A stretch of DNA of 64,000 nucleotides from Sphingomonadaceae bacterium. GTDB taxonomy: Bacteria; Pseudomonadota; Alphaproteobacteria; Sphingomonadales; Sphingomonadaceae. Both the position numbers and the translations under genes were made by a program. The notes under the pieces were generated by a model. The model saw only the letters and a program-made list of their open reading frames with translations, was not told the origin of the DNA and did not search any database. Shown here one piece after another: positions 32,883-41,993 of this stretch; position 1 is the first letter of the stretch, and each line of letters opens with the position of its first letter. The stretch covers positions 14,803 to 78,802 of the forward strand of contig CANJBY010000006.1 of NCBI GenBank assembly GCA_947472735.1, written 5' to 3'.

Positions 32883-34825
32883 CGACCCTGCTTCTGCCGG
32901 CGATAAGCAATCTTGTCGCGAGCGATGACCCGGCGCACGTCGCTGGCCACTCGGCCGAACAGCGCGAGCACGCCGCCAAGCGCGATCAGCAGGCCGCCCA
33001 GCCAGATCATCGGCACAAACGGCTTCCACCACAGCCGAAGCTGCCAGCGTCCGTCCTCACCCTGCTCACCGAGCACAGCGTAGAGCTGACCGTTCCAGCG
33101 GGTCAGCAAGGCAGACTCGGCAGTCTGTTGCGGCGGTGCCCAGAAGTTGCGGGCCTGCGGATCGATCTCGACCGCCGCGCCGCCGTCATAGCTTGCCAGC
33201 ATCTTCGCCTCGAGGGCGGTCCAGTTCGGCCCGGCAACCGGTTCGATACGGTCCAGTCGCACTTGCCACGGACCAACCCCGACATTGTCGCCCACATAGA
33301 CGGCAACCAGCCGCTCGGTGCTGAAGGCACTGTCGCTGGCCATGCCGAACAACGCAACGCCCATGCCGAAGTGCGCCACCACCATGCCCCAGATCGGCAA
33401 CGGAGTACGCATTAGGCTTCGCGCCCGCAGCGGCAGCAGGCTCGCCAGCATCAGCGCCGGGGCCAGCGCCAGGCCGATGGCAGGAAGCAGGTCGATACCA
33501 CGATTGAACGCTACGCCCGCAGCGAGCCCGAGCGCCAACAGCAGCGGCAGAAGCAGCTGGCCGCGCACCCGCGAAAAACTGTCGCGACGCCAGCGCAGCA
33601 GCGGACCGACCGCCAGGACCACCAGCATCGGCACGGCGAAGATCGCTCCCGCCGGATTGAAATATGGCGGACCGACGGAAACCTTGCTCCCCATGGCCTC
33701 CGCCAGCAGAGGATAAAGCGTGCCAACCAGCACAATCCCGAGGATTCCTGTCAGCATCACGTTGTTGAACACCAGAGCGCCCTCGCGGCTGGTCACGGTA
33801 AACCGCTCGCCCTCGGTCACTGTCGCGGCCCGCAAGGCGAAGAGCAGCAGCGCGGCGCCAATGTTGATGGCGAGCAGTGCGAGGATGAAGGTACCCCGCT
33901 CGGGATCGACTGCGAACGCGTGGACGCTGGTGAGGATGCCCGAGCGTACCAGGAAAGTGCCGACCATCGACATCGAGAAGGCGACCACCCCGAGCATGAT
34001 AGTCCAAGCTCTGAGCGCATTGCGCGCAGCCAGCACGCTCGCCGAGTGAAGCAGCGCGGTAGCCGCCAGCCACGGCATCAACGAGGCATTTTCAACCGGA
34101 TCCCAGAACCACCAGCCGCCCCAGCCCAGCTCGTAATAGGCCCAGTAAGAGCCTGCGGTGATGCCGATCGTCAGGAATATCCATGCCCCCATCACCCACG
34201 GCCGCATGGCTCGGGCAAAGGCCGGTCCGACCTCGCGCGTGATCAGCGCCCCGATGGCGAAGCTGAAGGCCACCGAAAGCCCGACGTAGCCGAGGTAGAG
34301 GGTGGGCGGATGGAAGGCGAGGCCGATGTCCTGCAGCAGCGGATTAAGCCCCTGCCCCTCGATCGCCGGCTGCGGCAGGCGCTCGAACGGGTTCGAAGAC
34401 ATCAGCAGAAAAGCGTAGAAGCCGATCGAGACAAAAGCCTGGCCTGCCAGCGTGGCGAGCATAGTCGCCTCCGGCAGCCGCCGCTCCACCAGCGCGACAA
34501 ACCCGCCAGCCAGGCCCATCACCGTCACCCACAGCAGCATCGAGCCTTCGTGGTTACCCCAGGTTCCAGCCAGCTTGTAAATCAGGGGTTTGGCTGAGTG
34601 CGAGTTGAGCGCAACCAGCTTAACCGACAGATCGGTCTGGCAAAACAGCACGATCAGCGCGGCGAAGGACAGCAGCGCGAGGCCGCCCTGCACCATCGCA
34701 ACCGGACGTACGACCCCGCCCAGCCCTTGAGCCTTGCCGCTCAGCGCCAGCGAGCCGGCGACCAGTTGCAGCACCGCCAGCGCAGCAGCCAGCCACAGGG
34801 CGGCAAGTCCGAGTTCAGCGATCAT
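32879..34825 (-). CDS. ccmF: cytochrome c heme lyase subunit CcmF
   Basis: ORF of 648 aa, polytopic, with the WWD-type tryptophan-rich motif LGWGGWWFWDPVENAS. Confidence 0.95.
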   Translation of the reverse strand: MIAELGLAALWLAAALAVLQLVAGSLALSGKAQGLGGVVRPVAMVQGGLALLSFAALIVLFCQTDLSVKLVALNSHSAKPLIYKLAGTWGNHEGSMLLWVTVMGLAGGFVALVERRLPEATMLATLAGQAFVSIGFYAFLLMSSNPFERLPQPAIEGQGLNPLLQDIGLAFHPPTLYLGYVGLSVAFSFAIGALITREVGPAFARAMRPWVMGAWIFLTIGITAGSYWAYYELGWGGWWFWDPVENASLMPWLAATALLHSASVLAARNALRAWTIMLGVVAFSMSMVGTFLVRSGILTSVHAFAVDPERGTFILALLAINIGAALLLFALRAATVTEGERFTVTSREGALVFNNVMLTGILGIVLVGTLYPLLAEAMGSKVSVGPPYFNPAGAIFAVPMLVVLAVGPLLRWRRDSFSRVRGQLLLPLLLALGLAAGVAFNRGIDLLPAIGLALAPALMLASLLPLRARSLMRTPLPIWGMVVAHFGMGVALFGMASDSAFSTERLVAVYVGDNVGVGPWQVRLDRIEPVAGPNWTALEAKMLASYDGGAAVEIDPQARNFWAPPQQTAESALLTRWNGQLYAVLGEQGEDGRWQLRLWWKPFVPMIWLGGLLIALGGVLALFGRVASDVRRVIARDKIAYRRQKQGR

Positions 34826-35283
34826 TGCGTTTCCACCACTGCCGCACGGGCTTGCTGCTCGGTCATGTCTTTCATCTCGCGCGGAACGTAGCGTTCGTCA
34901 TGTTTCGCGAGGAGGTTATCCGCTACGAAAGTCCCGTCGGGACCGATCCGGCCCTCGGCAACCACGCCCGAGCTTTCCTTGAACAGGTCCGGGACAATGC
35001 CGCGGAAGATCACTGGCACCCGTGCCTTGCCGTCGCCAACCATGAAACGGATTGTTACCCCGTCCGCTGCGGTCTTGATCGAGCCTGCCTCGACCATCCC
35101 GCCGAGCCGGACGGCCCGGCCGGTCTCAGGTGGATTGGCCGCCATCTCGGCCGGCAGATAGAAATAGGAAGCCTGGCTGCGCAGTCCCCAGACCGCAAGC
35201 AGCCCGGCGCCGAGCAATGCCGCGAGCGCCACCAGCACCAGCACCAGCCGTTGGTGCTTGGCCTTGATCCCGCCCGTGTTCAT
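34822..35283 (-). CDS. ccmE: cytochrome c maturation heme chaperone CcmE
   Basis: ORF of 153 aa with an N-terminal TM anchor and the heme-binding His region LAKHDERYVP. Confidence 0.95.
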   Translation of the reverse strand: MNTGGIKAKHQRLVLVLVALAALLGAGLLAVWGLRSQASYFYLPAEMAANPPETGRAVRLGGMVEAGSIKTAADGVTIRFMVGDGKARVPVIFRGIVPDLFKESSGVVAEGRIGPDGTFVADNLLAKHDERYVPREMKDMTEQQARAAVVETQ

Positions 35284-35420
35284 TTGTCTCTCGCCCGATC
35301 ACGACGTGCTTCAGCGCGCCGCATCGTCAGCCATGCCCAACCGATCAGCACCGTCGTCCCGATCACGCCGAGAACATAGGCAGAGATCACATAGTCCCAA
35401 TGGTCAAGCGCCTCGCGCAT
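35280..35420 (-). CDS. ccmD: heme exporter protein CcmD
   Basis: The 46-aa C-terminal part of ORF 35280..36359 is MREALDHWDYVISAYVLGVIGTTVLIGWAWLTMRRAEARRDRARDK. It has a single TM helix and a basic tail, and sits between ccmC and ccmE. Confidence 0.75.
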   Translation of the reverse strand: MREALDHWDYVISAYVLGVIGTTVLIGWAWLTMRRAEARRDRARDK

Positions 35421-36151
35421 CAAGCTATGTCCTCGCTCATCGCCTTGCGGCGAAGGCGGGCCTCGGCCTGGCTCTCGGCCAGGATCGCGCGCATCCGCGC
35501 CAGTACAACCCCGGCGAAGATCAGCGTGAAGCCCACTACCGAGACCAGCAGCGGGTAGAGAAAATCGTCGGCCATGGCGGACTTGCCCATCGAAATGCTG
35601 GGCGGCTGGTGCAGGCTGTTCCACCAGATCACCGAGAAATGGATGATTGGAATGTTGACCGCCCCGACCAGCCCGAAAATCGCCGGGATGCGGGAGGTGC
35701 CATCGCCGTCGCGGCCGGCGGCATCGGCCAGCGCCATGTATGCGAAATAGAGGAACAACAGCACAAGCATCGAAGTCAGGCGGCCGTCCCACACCCACCA
35801 GGCACCCCACGCCGGACGGCCCCAGAGCGAACCGGTGGCCAGGCACAAGGCAGTGTAGAACGCGCCCGGCACTGCCGCAGCGCGGGCCCCGATCGCCGCG
35901 AGCGGATGTCGCCAGACCAGTTCGACGAAGCTTGCCGTTGCGATTGCGCCCCAACCCCACATGCCGAGCCACGCGGCTGGAACGTGCAGGTAAAGGATCC
36001 GCACGCTGTCTCCCTGCAGGTAGTCTGCCGGCGCGCTGAACAGCCCCCACGCCAGCGCCGCAGCGGTAATCACGATCCCCGCGACAAGGCACGGCAGCGT
36101 CAGCCAGCGAGCCAGGCGGAGGAATCGGGCGGGATTGGCAAAACGGTGCAT
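35420..36151 (-). CDS. ccmC: heme exporter protein CcmC
   Basis: Starts at MHRFANPARFLRLARWL within ORF 35420..36265. The tryptophan-rich motif is WGRPAWGAWWVWDGRLTS. Confidence 0.9.
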   Translation of the reverse strand: MHRFANPARFLRLARWLTLPCLVAGIVITAAALAWGLFSAPADYLQGDSVRILYLHVPAAWLGMWGWGAIATASFVELVWRHPLAAIGARAAAVPGAFYTALCLATGSLWGRPAWGAWWVWDGRLTSMLVLLFLYFAYMALADAAGRDGDGTSRIPAIFGLVGAVNIPIIHFSVIWWNSLHQPPSISMGKSAMADDFLYPLLVSVVGFTLIFAGVVLARMRAILAESQAEARLRRKAMSEDIA

Positions 36152-36222
36152 GCGAGGCGCTGCTTTGGCAGGCACTCGGCCCGGCGGCAAGGGGCGTTTT
36201 TGTCGGGAGAAATGGGGAGAAA

Positions 36223-36300
36223 TGGGGCGACCGATGGGGTTCGAACCCACGACCTCCGGTACCACAAACCGGCGCTCTAACCAACTGAGCTACGATCGCC
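36223..36300 (-). tRNA. tRNA-His (GTG anticodon)
   Basis: Reverse complement folds by hand as a cloverleaf: G(-1) GCGATCG TA GCTC AGTTGGTTA GAGC G CCGGT TTGTGGT ACCGG AGGTC GTGGG TTCGAAC CCCAT CGGTCGC C CCA. The anticodon is GTG. The encoded extra 5-prime G pairs with C73, which is the hallmark of tRNA-His. The CCA end is encoded. Confidence 0.9.
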
Positions 36301-36428
36301 ACGTTCCGGCCAGAAAGGCAGGACAGCGCCTGCCTCGGCGCGGGAGCGGCCCTTCGCACAGGGCGCAGGGAATGGGAAGGGAAAAATGCACACTTTTACT
36401 GGACCGCGCACGGTCCTAACGTCCGGTC

Positions 36429-37061
36429 ATGACCCTTGCCGGAGAATCTTTCGCCGCGTCTCTCATGGCGATCCCGGGCATGCAGCGCGTCCCGACCCGC
36501 AAGGCGGAACTGTTCATCCTGAAGAACTTTCTCTCGCCGGCCGAGTGCGACGGCCTGATCGCGCAGATCGAGAAGCAGCGCCGGCCTTCCACCATCGCTG
36601 ATGCCAATGGCGACAACGCCTTCCGCACATCCGAGACCTGCGATCTCGATCATGCCGATCCACTGGTGATGGCACTGGATGGAAGGCTTTCGGCGGTGTC
36701 TGGCATAGACCATGCCTATGGAGAGCCGCTGCAGGGCCAGCGCTACGAAGTGGGTCAGGAGTTCAAGGCCCACACTGACTACTTCGAACCCGATGGAGCG
36801 GATTTCGCCCGCTATTGCTCGGTTTCGGGCCAACGCACCTGGACTTTCATGGTCTATCTCAACACCGTGCCCGCCGGCGGTGCAACGCGGTTCCTCGAAC
36901 TCGACAAGATGGTGCAGCCGGAACGCGGCAAGCTTCTGGCCTGGAACAATCGCCAGCCGGACGGTCGCGTCAATCCGGAGACGATCCACCACGCGCTGAA
37001 GGTTCGCAAGGGCCTGAAGTACGTCATTACCCGCTGGTACCGCGAGCGGCCGTGGGGTTAG
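36429..37061 (+). CDS. 2OG-Fe(II) oxygenase, prolyl 4-hydroxylase-like (paralog of 6611..7324)
   Basis: ORF of 210 aa with EFKAHTDYF (H-x-D), ETIHHALKV and KYVITRWYR. It shares long blocks with the 6611..7324 product (QGQRY..GQEFKAH, GQR.WT...YLN, WNN, KYVIT.WYR). Confidence 0.85.
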   Translation: MTLAGESFAASLMAIPGMQRVPTRKAELFILKNFLSPAECDGLIAQIEKQRRPSTIADANGDNAFRTSETCDLDHADPLVMALDGRLSAVSGIDHAYGEPLQGQRYEVGQEFKAHTDYFEPDGADFARYCSVSGQRTWTFMVYLNTVPAGGATRFLELDKMVQPERGKLLAWNNRQPDGRVNPETIHHALKVRKGLKYVITRWYRERPWG

Positions 37062-37163
37062 TCAAATCTGAACCCCGCATCGCAATCCAAAGTTAAGTAT
37101 TACCGCGTAGCGTGCGCCCAAGGGCCCGGACACCCGTGCGCGAGCACAATCGGTCCGCCCTTG

Positions 37164-37541
37164 ATGACCGGGGGAACGCAAGAGGAAAGAGTTGGTGACG
37201 CTGCAATCGATCCTGCGCTGTGCCGGGTCTGCACCCCGCGCCCGCGCACTCGCAAGGCTCCGCGCCGCTCGGTTTCGGGTCAGGTCGTGATCACGCACGG
37301 CGCCGATGAACACGCGACCGGCACGCTGCGCGACGTTTCCGCCAACGGCTGCAACGTACGCTGCCGGGCCGGATGGCTGCGGGGCGGCATTTTCATTTCG
37401 ATCCGGCTCGGCCACGAGCCCCCGTTGCAGGCGATCGTCCGCTGGGTTCGTGAGGATCGGTGCGGAGTCGAATTCCTGCGTCCGATCACCCCGGACCGCG
37501 AACTCTGGATGGATCTCGTCGAAGGCGACGACGGCTGGTAA
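37164..37541 (+). CDS. PilZ domain protein
   Basis: ORF 37161..37541 with ATG at 37164. It carries the canonical c-di-GMP binding motifs RKAPR (RxxxR) and DVSANG (D-x-S-x-x-G). It is a small single-domain protein. Confidence 0.75.
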   Translation: MTGGTQEERVGDAAIDPALCRVCTPRPRTRKAPRRSVSGQVVITHGADEHATGTLRDVSANGCNVRCRAGWLRGGIFISIRLGHEPPLQAIVRWVREDRCGVEFLRPITPDRELWMDLVEGDDGW

Positions 37542-37542
37542 T

Positions 37543-37571
37543 AAAAAGGGCGGCACCAAGGCCGCCCTTTT
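37543..37571. terminator. bidirectional intrinsic terminator
   Basis: AAAAA GGGCGGC accaag GCCGCCC TTTT forms a perfect 7-bp GC stem flanked by an A-run and a T-run. It sits between the convergent PilZ gene (stop 37541) and rpmE (stop 37595). Confidence 0.75.
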
Positions 37572-37594
37572 CGCATCTCGCAACAAAGAGCCGA

Positions 37595-37825
37595 TCAGCC
37601 CTTCTTGAGGGTAAGCCCGCCGAAACGCTTGTTGAACTGGGCAACTCGGCCGCCGTGATCAAGCAGGCGCTGGTTGCCACCGGTCCAGGCCGGATGCGAG
37701 GTGGGATCGATTTCCAGAACCAGCGTGTCGCCTTCCTTGCCCCAGGTGGAGCGAGTTTCAAACACGGTGCCGTCGGTCATCTGCACCTTGATCTTGTGAT
37801 AGTCGGGATGGATATCGGCCTTCAT
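37595..37825 (-). CDS. rpmE: 50S ribosomal protein L31
   Basis: ORF of 76 aa beginning [19 protein letters not shown] and ending ...[11 protein letters not shown], which reads as an L31 sequence. Confidence 0.95.
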   Translation of the reverse strand: MKADIHPDYHKIKVQMTDGTVFETRSTWGKEGDTLVLEIDPTSHPAWTGGNQRLLDHGGRVAQFNKRFGGLTLKKG

Positions 37826-37902
37826 GGTCTCGGACTTTCGCTAGCGACCGGTTCCGACCGGCCTGAATGAAGCGGCGCGCATAGCGGCGCGAAGCAGTAA
37901 AA

Positions 37903-38382
37903 TCAACCCTCGGGGGGATCGGCAACCATCGCGGTGAACTCGACCTCGCAAGTTACCTTGCCCTCGATCGAGGCCTTGCCCCAGAACTTGCAGACCCTGG
38001 CCCGCTTCTGGACGAAGCCGACCTCGAGATCGAGCAGCACCCCCGGCTCGACCGGGTTGCGGAACTTCGCGCCGTCGATCGCCATGAAGTAGACCAGCTT
38101 GCCCGAGCCTGCGAGCTCGAGCGTCTCGATCGCGAGGATCGCGGCCGCCTGGGCCAGCGCTTCGATCTGCAGCACGCCGGGCATGATCGGACGGCCCGGG
38201 AAATGCCCCTGAAAGAACTGCTCGTTGAAGCTGACCGCTTTGACCGCGTGGATCTTCTCGCCGATTACCAGCGAGATGACCCGGTCGACCAGCAACAGCG
38301 GGTAGCGATGCGGCAGCGCGGCCAGAATGCCACGGATGTCGAAGCTTAGCGGAGCCGCAGCCCCACTCGTCTCGTCAGTCAT
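37903..38382 (-). CDS. fabZ: 3-hydroxyacyl-ACP dehydratase FabZ
   Basis: Starts at [35 protein letters not shown] within ORF 37903..38481. The hot-dog fold motif [16 protein letters not shown] is present. Confidence 0.95.
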   Translation of the reverse strand: MTDETSGAAAPLSFDIRGILAALPHRYPLLLVDRVISLVIGEKIHAVKAVSFNEQFFQGHFPGRPIMPGVLQIEALAQAAAILAIETLELAGSGKLVYFMAIDGAKFRNPVEPGVLLDLEVGFVQKRARVCKFWGKASIEGKVTCEVEFTAMVADPPEG

Positions 38383-38410
38383 CGCTACCCCCGTTATGCC
38401 AGACTGTGCC

Positions 38411-39109
38411 TTAGCGGCCTTCAGGCGCTGCCGGACGTGCCGGAGCGGCAGCGGGTTGGCCCTGAGCCGCAGCGGCAGCACGCGCTTCGCGCTCTTCGCG
38501 GGGAACCCAGCCGGCCGGCGGGACCAACTGCGCGCTCGGCAGCAGTACGTTCAGCTCGGTGAGGATCGACTGATTGAGGTTGTAGACGTTATCCGCCTTG
38601 ATCAGCGCCTGCGGGTTGAGCAGCATCGTGACCTTGCTCTTGGTCATGGCGTTGGTCACGGCCTGGACCAGCTTTTCGTTGATCTGCTCCTGCACGTAGG
38701 CTTCGGACAGGCCAACCGGCTCGAGGATCTTCTGAAGCTCGGCCTGGCCAGCTTCCTGGATCTGCTGGATGGTCTGGGCCTGCTGCTGCAACGACGCATT
38801 GTTCGGCGACGCCGCAGCGCGATCGGTCTGGAACTTGTCCACCAGCGGCTTGAGCTGCGCGGTGATCTGCACGCGGCGAGCTTCGGCCTGGTCGTACTGG
38901 GCCTTGTAAGTCGTCGGACGCTGGCCCTGCGCGGTCTTGAACGCCGCGGAGTTGGCGACGACGGCTTCAAGGTTGGCTACGGCAATGCCGGGCGCAACCG
39001 GGCCGGCCGGTGCGGCCGCGGCAGCCGGGCGCTGCTGCGCGGCGGCAGGAGCGGCAACCGCAAGTGCGGCAAGACCCGAAAGCAGGGCCGTCTTGATAAG
39101 ATTTTTCAT
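38411..39109 (-). CDS. OmpH/Skp family periplasmic chaperone
   Basis: ORF of 232 aa with a signal peptide ([25 protein letters not shown]) and a coiled-coil-rich body. It lies immediately downstream of bamA. Confidence 0.8.
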   Translation of the reverse strand: MKNLIKTALLSGLAALAVAAPAAAQQRPAAAAAPAGPVAPGIAVANLEAVVANSAAFKTAQGQRPTTYKAQYDQAEARRVQITAQLKPLVDKFQTDRAAASPNNASLQQQAQTIQQIQEAGQAELQKILEPVGLSEAYVQEQINEKLVQAVTNAMTKSKVTMLLNPQALIKADNVYNLNQSILTELNVLLPSAQLVPPAGWVPREEREARAAAAAQGQPAAAPARPAAPEGR

Positions 39110-41856
39110 CAGAATTGGGTTCCTACGTTGAATGTGAAGCTCTTGGGATCGTCGCCATCGTACTTGAGCAAGGTCTTGGCAAAGTCGATGCGGAAGGGTC
39201 CGAACGGCGAATTCCAGTTGAAGCCGATGCCGATGGCGAGGCGGGGTTTCCAGGTGTTGCCTACAAAGTCTTCGATGAACGGCGGGATGTTGCTCCCGAT
39301 CGCGCTGTTGTTGGCAGAAGTGAGGCAGGAGGCAGGGTTAGGATTGATCGGATTTGTAACCGTCGAAAAGCTTGTGGCGTTGCACTGTGCATCCACAGCA
39401 TCGATCTGGGTAAAGAGCGGACTGCCCGAACCATCGCGGGTGGGGATGAAGGTGCCATTGGGGAACTGTTGCAGTGTCGGCCGCTTGATCCCCCAGACTG
39501 CGCCGATATCCGCGAAGATCGACGGACGGATGCCCATTTCACGCGCACCAGAGCCCAGCGGAATTTCCAACTCGGCACGACCCTGATAGTAGTATTTGCC
39601 GCCAATCGCGTCGTCATTCCACTTTTCACGGTCGGTCGGCACGTCGAGCGTGCCGTTCCCGTCCAGGTCCTCGAGGTACTTGCGCAACACCCGCGGGCCG
39701 ATGCCACGAATGTCAAATCCGCGCATTTCGGGCTCGCCGAGGTAAAAACGGTCGGTCAGGCGAACGTCGTCGGTTCCCGGCGTATTGCTGTTCTTCAGAG
39801 ACTTGATGATCCCGCCCTCGCCAGACAGCGAGAAGATGAACCCCTTGCCAACTGCCCAGTACTGCGCGGCGTTGAGGCGCGCCCGGGCGTATCTTACCGA
39901 ACCACCCAAACCGGCGAAGTCGACGCTGACTGAAGCAACCCGGCCACGCGTCGGCCGCACCCGGTTATCGAGCGAATCGTAGATCAACGAAAGACCGAGG
40001 ATCGAGCTGGTCCGCTTGCCGAGCGCTTCGCAAAGATAGCGGCCGGCCAGAAGGTTGGAACAGGTCAGGTTGCCATTGGCGTCGGCGGCAAAGTACGTTG
40101 ATTCGTCCAGCGTCACATCGTCAAAATTGAGCGTGTAGCGCCCGACCAGCGACATGAACTCGGTGAGCGGCACGCCGGCGCGCAACTGGAAGCCGGTCGT
40201 CGCCTGCTTGTAGGTCGTGTTGCGGTCGCTGTTGTAGTAGTTGAAGCTGTTGTAATCCCGGCGGTAAATGTCCGCACCGAACGAGATGTTGCGATCGAAC
40301 AGGTAAGGCTCGGTGAAGCTCAGCTCGACGCTCTTCGAATAGCGTGAATAGCTGACCGAGGTGCCGATCGTCTGGCCGCGACCGCGGAAATTCCGTTGTT
40401 GGACAGATGCCTGGAAGATGAAGCTCTCAATCGATGAGAAGCCAGCCGAGAGCTGAAGCTCGCCGGTCGGCTTTTCCTCGATGTTGGCTTCCAGCACCAC
40501 CCGGTCAGGCGCCGAGCCGGGCTTTTGTTCGACTTCGAACTTTTCCTGGAAGTAGCCCAGCGACTTGATGCGATTGCTCGAGCGCTTGACCTGGATCGAG
40601 TTGAAGGCGTCGCCCTCGGCCAGACGGAACTCGCGGCGGATGACCTTGTCCTGCGTCAGCGTGTTGCCGTTCACGTCGATCCGCTCGACATAAACGCGCG
40701 GTGCCTCGGCGATCTGGAAGGTGATGCCCATCGTCAGATCGCTCTTGTTGCGATCATAGTTGGGGCGCACGTCGGCGAAGGCATAGCCGAAGGTGCCGGC
40801 AAATTCGTTGAGCTGGTCGATCGTATCCTCGACCAGCTTGGCGTCGTACCATTCGCCCTTCTTCATCCGCAGGGTCTTGGCCAGCGCATCGCCGTCAAAA
40901 TCGCGCAGCTGGCTTTCGACCTTCACGTCGCCGAACTTGTAGCGCTCGCCTTCCTCCACCACGTAGGTGATGATGAAGTCCTTCTTGTCCGGCGTGAGCT
41001 CCGCCACGGCGGAAACGACGCGGAAATCGGCGTAGCCCTTGGTCAGGTAGAACTGGCGCAGCTTCTGCTGGTCGAATGCCATCTTGTCCGGATCATAGCT
41101 GGTTCCTGAGCTGAACATCTTGAGCAGGCCGGTCTGCTTGGTCATCATCTCGCCGCGCAAATCGCCGTCCGAGAACTTCTCGTTGCCGATGATGTTGATG
41201 CTGCGGACCTTGGACTTCGGCCCTTCATTGATCTCGAAAATGATGTCGACGCGGTTCTGGTCGAGCATCACCATCTTCGGTTCGACCACGGCGGCGAACC
41301 GGCCCTGGCGCTTGTAAAGCTCGATGATCCGGGTCACGTCGGCGCGGACCTTGGAACGGGTGAAGATCTGGCGGGCGGCCATCTTGATCTCACCGACGAT
41401 CTTGTCATCTTTGAGCCGGCGATTGCCCTCGAAGATGATCCGGTTGATCACCGGGTTTTCCTTGACCGTAATCACCACGTTGCCATTGGCGATGCGCACC
41501 TGGGCATCGGCGAACAGCTCGGTCGCGAACAGGTCCTTCAGCGCCTGGTCGCCGGCCTGCTGAGTCCACGGCTGGCCGATCCGCAGGCGGATGTAGGAGC
41601 GGATCGTATCAGGCTCGAGCCGCTGCGCGCCTTCGACGGTAATGGTCTGGATGATCTGAACCGCCTCTGCAGGAGCAGCGGGTGCAGGAACAGCCGCAGC
41701 CGGGGCTGCGGGGTCGGCGGCAGGAGTGGTCCTGGCCGGTGCCTGCTGGGCTAAGGCCACGCTAGGCACGCCAGCCAGGATCGAACCGGCAAGCAGGGCC
41801 GCGATCATGCGGTCAAAGTTGCAGGCCGTGTTGCTATGAACCATCAGGCGTCCCAT
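39109..41856 (-). CDS. bamA: outer membrane protein assembly factor BamA
   Basis: Within ORF 39109..42126; the start is at MGRLMVHSNT or MVHSNT. It has POTRA repeats (e.g. ITVEGAQRLEPDTIRSYI) and a C-terminal beta-barrel ending FTFNVGTQF with a terminal aromatic residue. Confidence 0.95.
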   Translation of the reverse strand: MGRLMVHSNTACNFDRMIAALLAGSILAGVPSVALAQQAPARTTPAADPAAPAAAVPAPAAPAEAVQIIQTITVEGAQRLEPDTIRSYIRLRIGQPWTQQAGDQALKDLFATELFADAQVRIANGNVVITVKENPVINRIIFEGNRRLKDDKIVGEIKMAARQIFTRSKVRADVTRIIELYKRQGRFAAVVEPKMVMLDQNRVDIIFEINEGPKSKVRSINIIGNEKFSDGDLRGEMMTKQTGLLKMFSSGTSYDPDKMAFDQQKLRQFYLTKGYADFRVVSAVAELTPDKKDFIITYVVEEGERYKFGDVKVESQLRDFDGDALAKTLRMKKGEWYDAKLVEDTIDQLNEFAGTFGYAFADVRPNYDRNKSDLTMGITFQIAEAPRVYVERIDVNGNTLTQDKVIRREFRLAEGDAFNSIQVKRSSNRIKSLGYFQEKFEVEQKPGSAPDRVVLEANIEEKPTGELQLSAGFSSIESFIFQASVQQRNFRGRGQTIGTSVSYSRYSKSVELSFTEPYLFDRNISFGADIYRRDYNSFNYYNSDRNTTYKQATTGFQLRAGVPLTEFMSLVGRYTLNFDDVTLDESTYFAADANGNLTCSNLLAGRYLCEALGKRTSSILGLSLIYDSLDNRVRPTRGRVASVSVDFAGLGGSVRYARARLNAAQYWAVGKGFIFSLSGEGGIIKSLKNSNTPGTDDVRLTDRFYLGEPEMRGFDIRGIGPRVLRKYLEDLDGNGTLDVPTDREKWNDDAIGGKYYYQGRAELEIPLGSGAREMGIRPSIFADIGAVWGIKRPTLQQFPNGTFIPTRDGSGSPLFTQIDAVDAQCNATSFSTVTNPINPNPASCLTSANNSAIGSNIPPFIEDFVGNTWKPRLAIGIGFNWNSPFGPFRIDFAKTLLKYDGDDPKSFTFNVGTQF

Positions 41857-41993
41857 TCTCGATACCGTAAGTTGCCAGTGTAGTCGGTGGGCCGGGATCG
41901 GCCCGATGCGGCGTTGCAGCCCTGTGCCCGATGCGGCCTCGCCAATCAAGCAATCTGTCCCTTCACCGCCCCCGGTATCGACAGGGTTGAACC

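Noticed and set aside
35280-36359. A 359-aa minus-strand ORF covering ccmD, ccmC (in another frame) and the tRNA-His gene.
   Set aside because: Only its last 46 codons (CcmD) are credible. The remainder overlaps the CcmC frame, which carries the WWD motif, and overlaps a tRNA.
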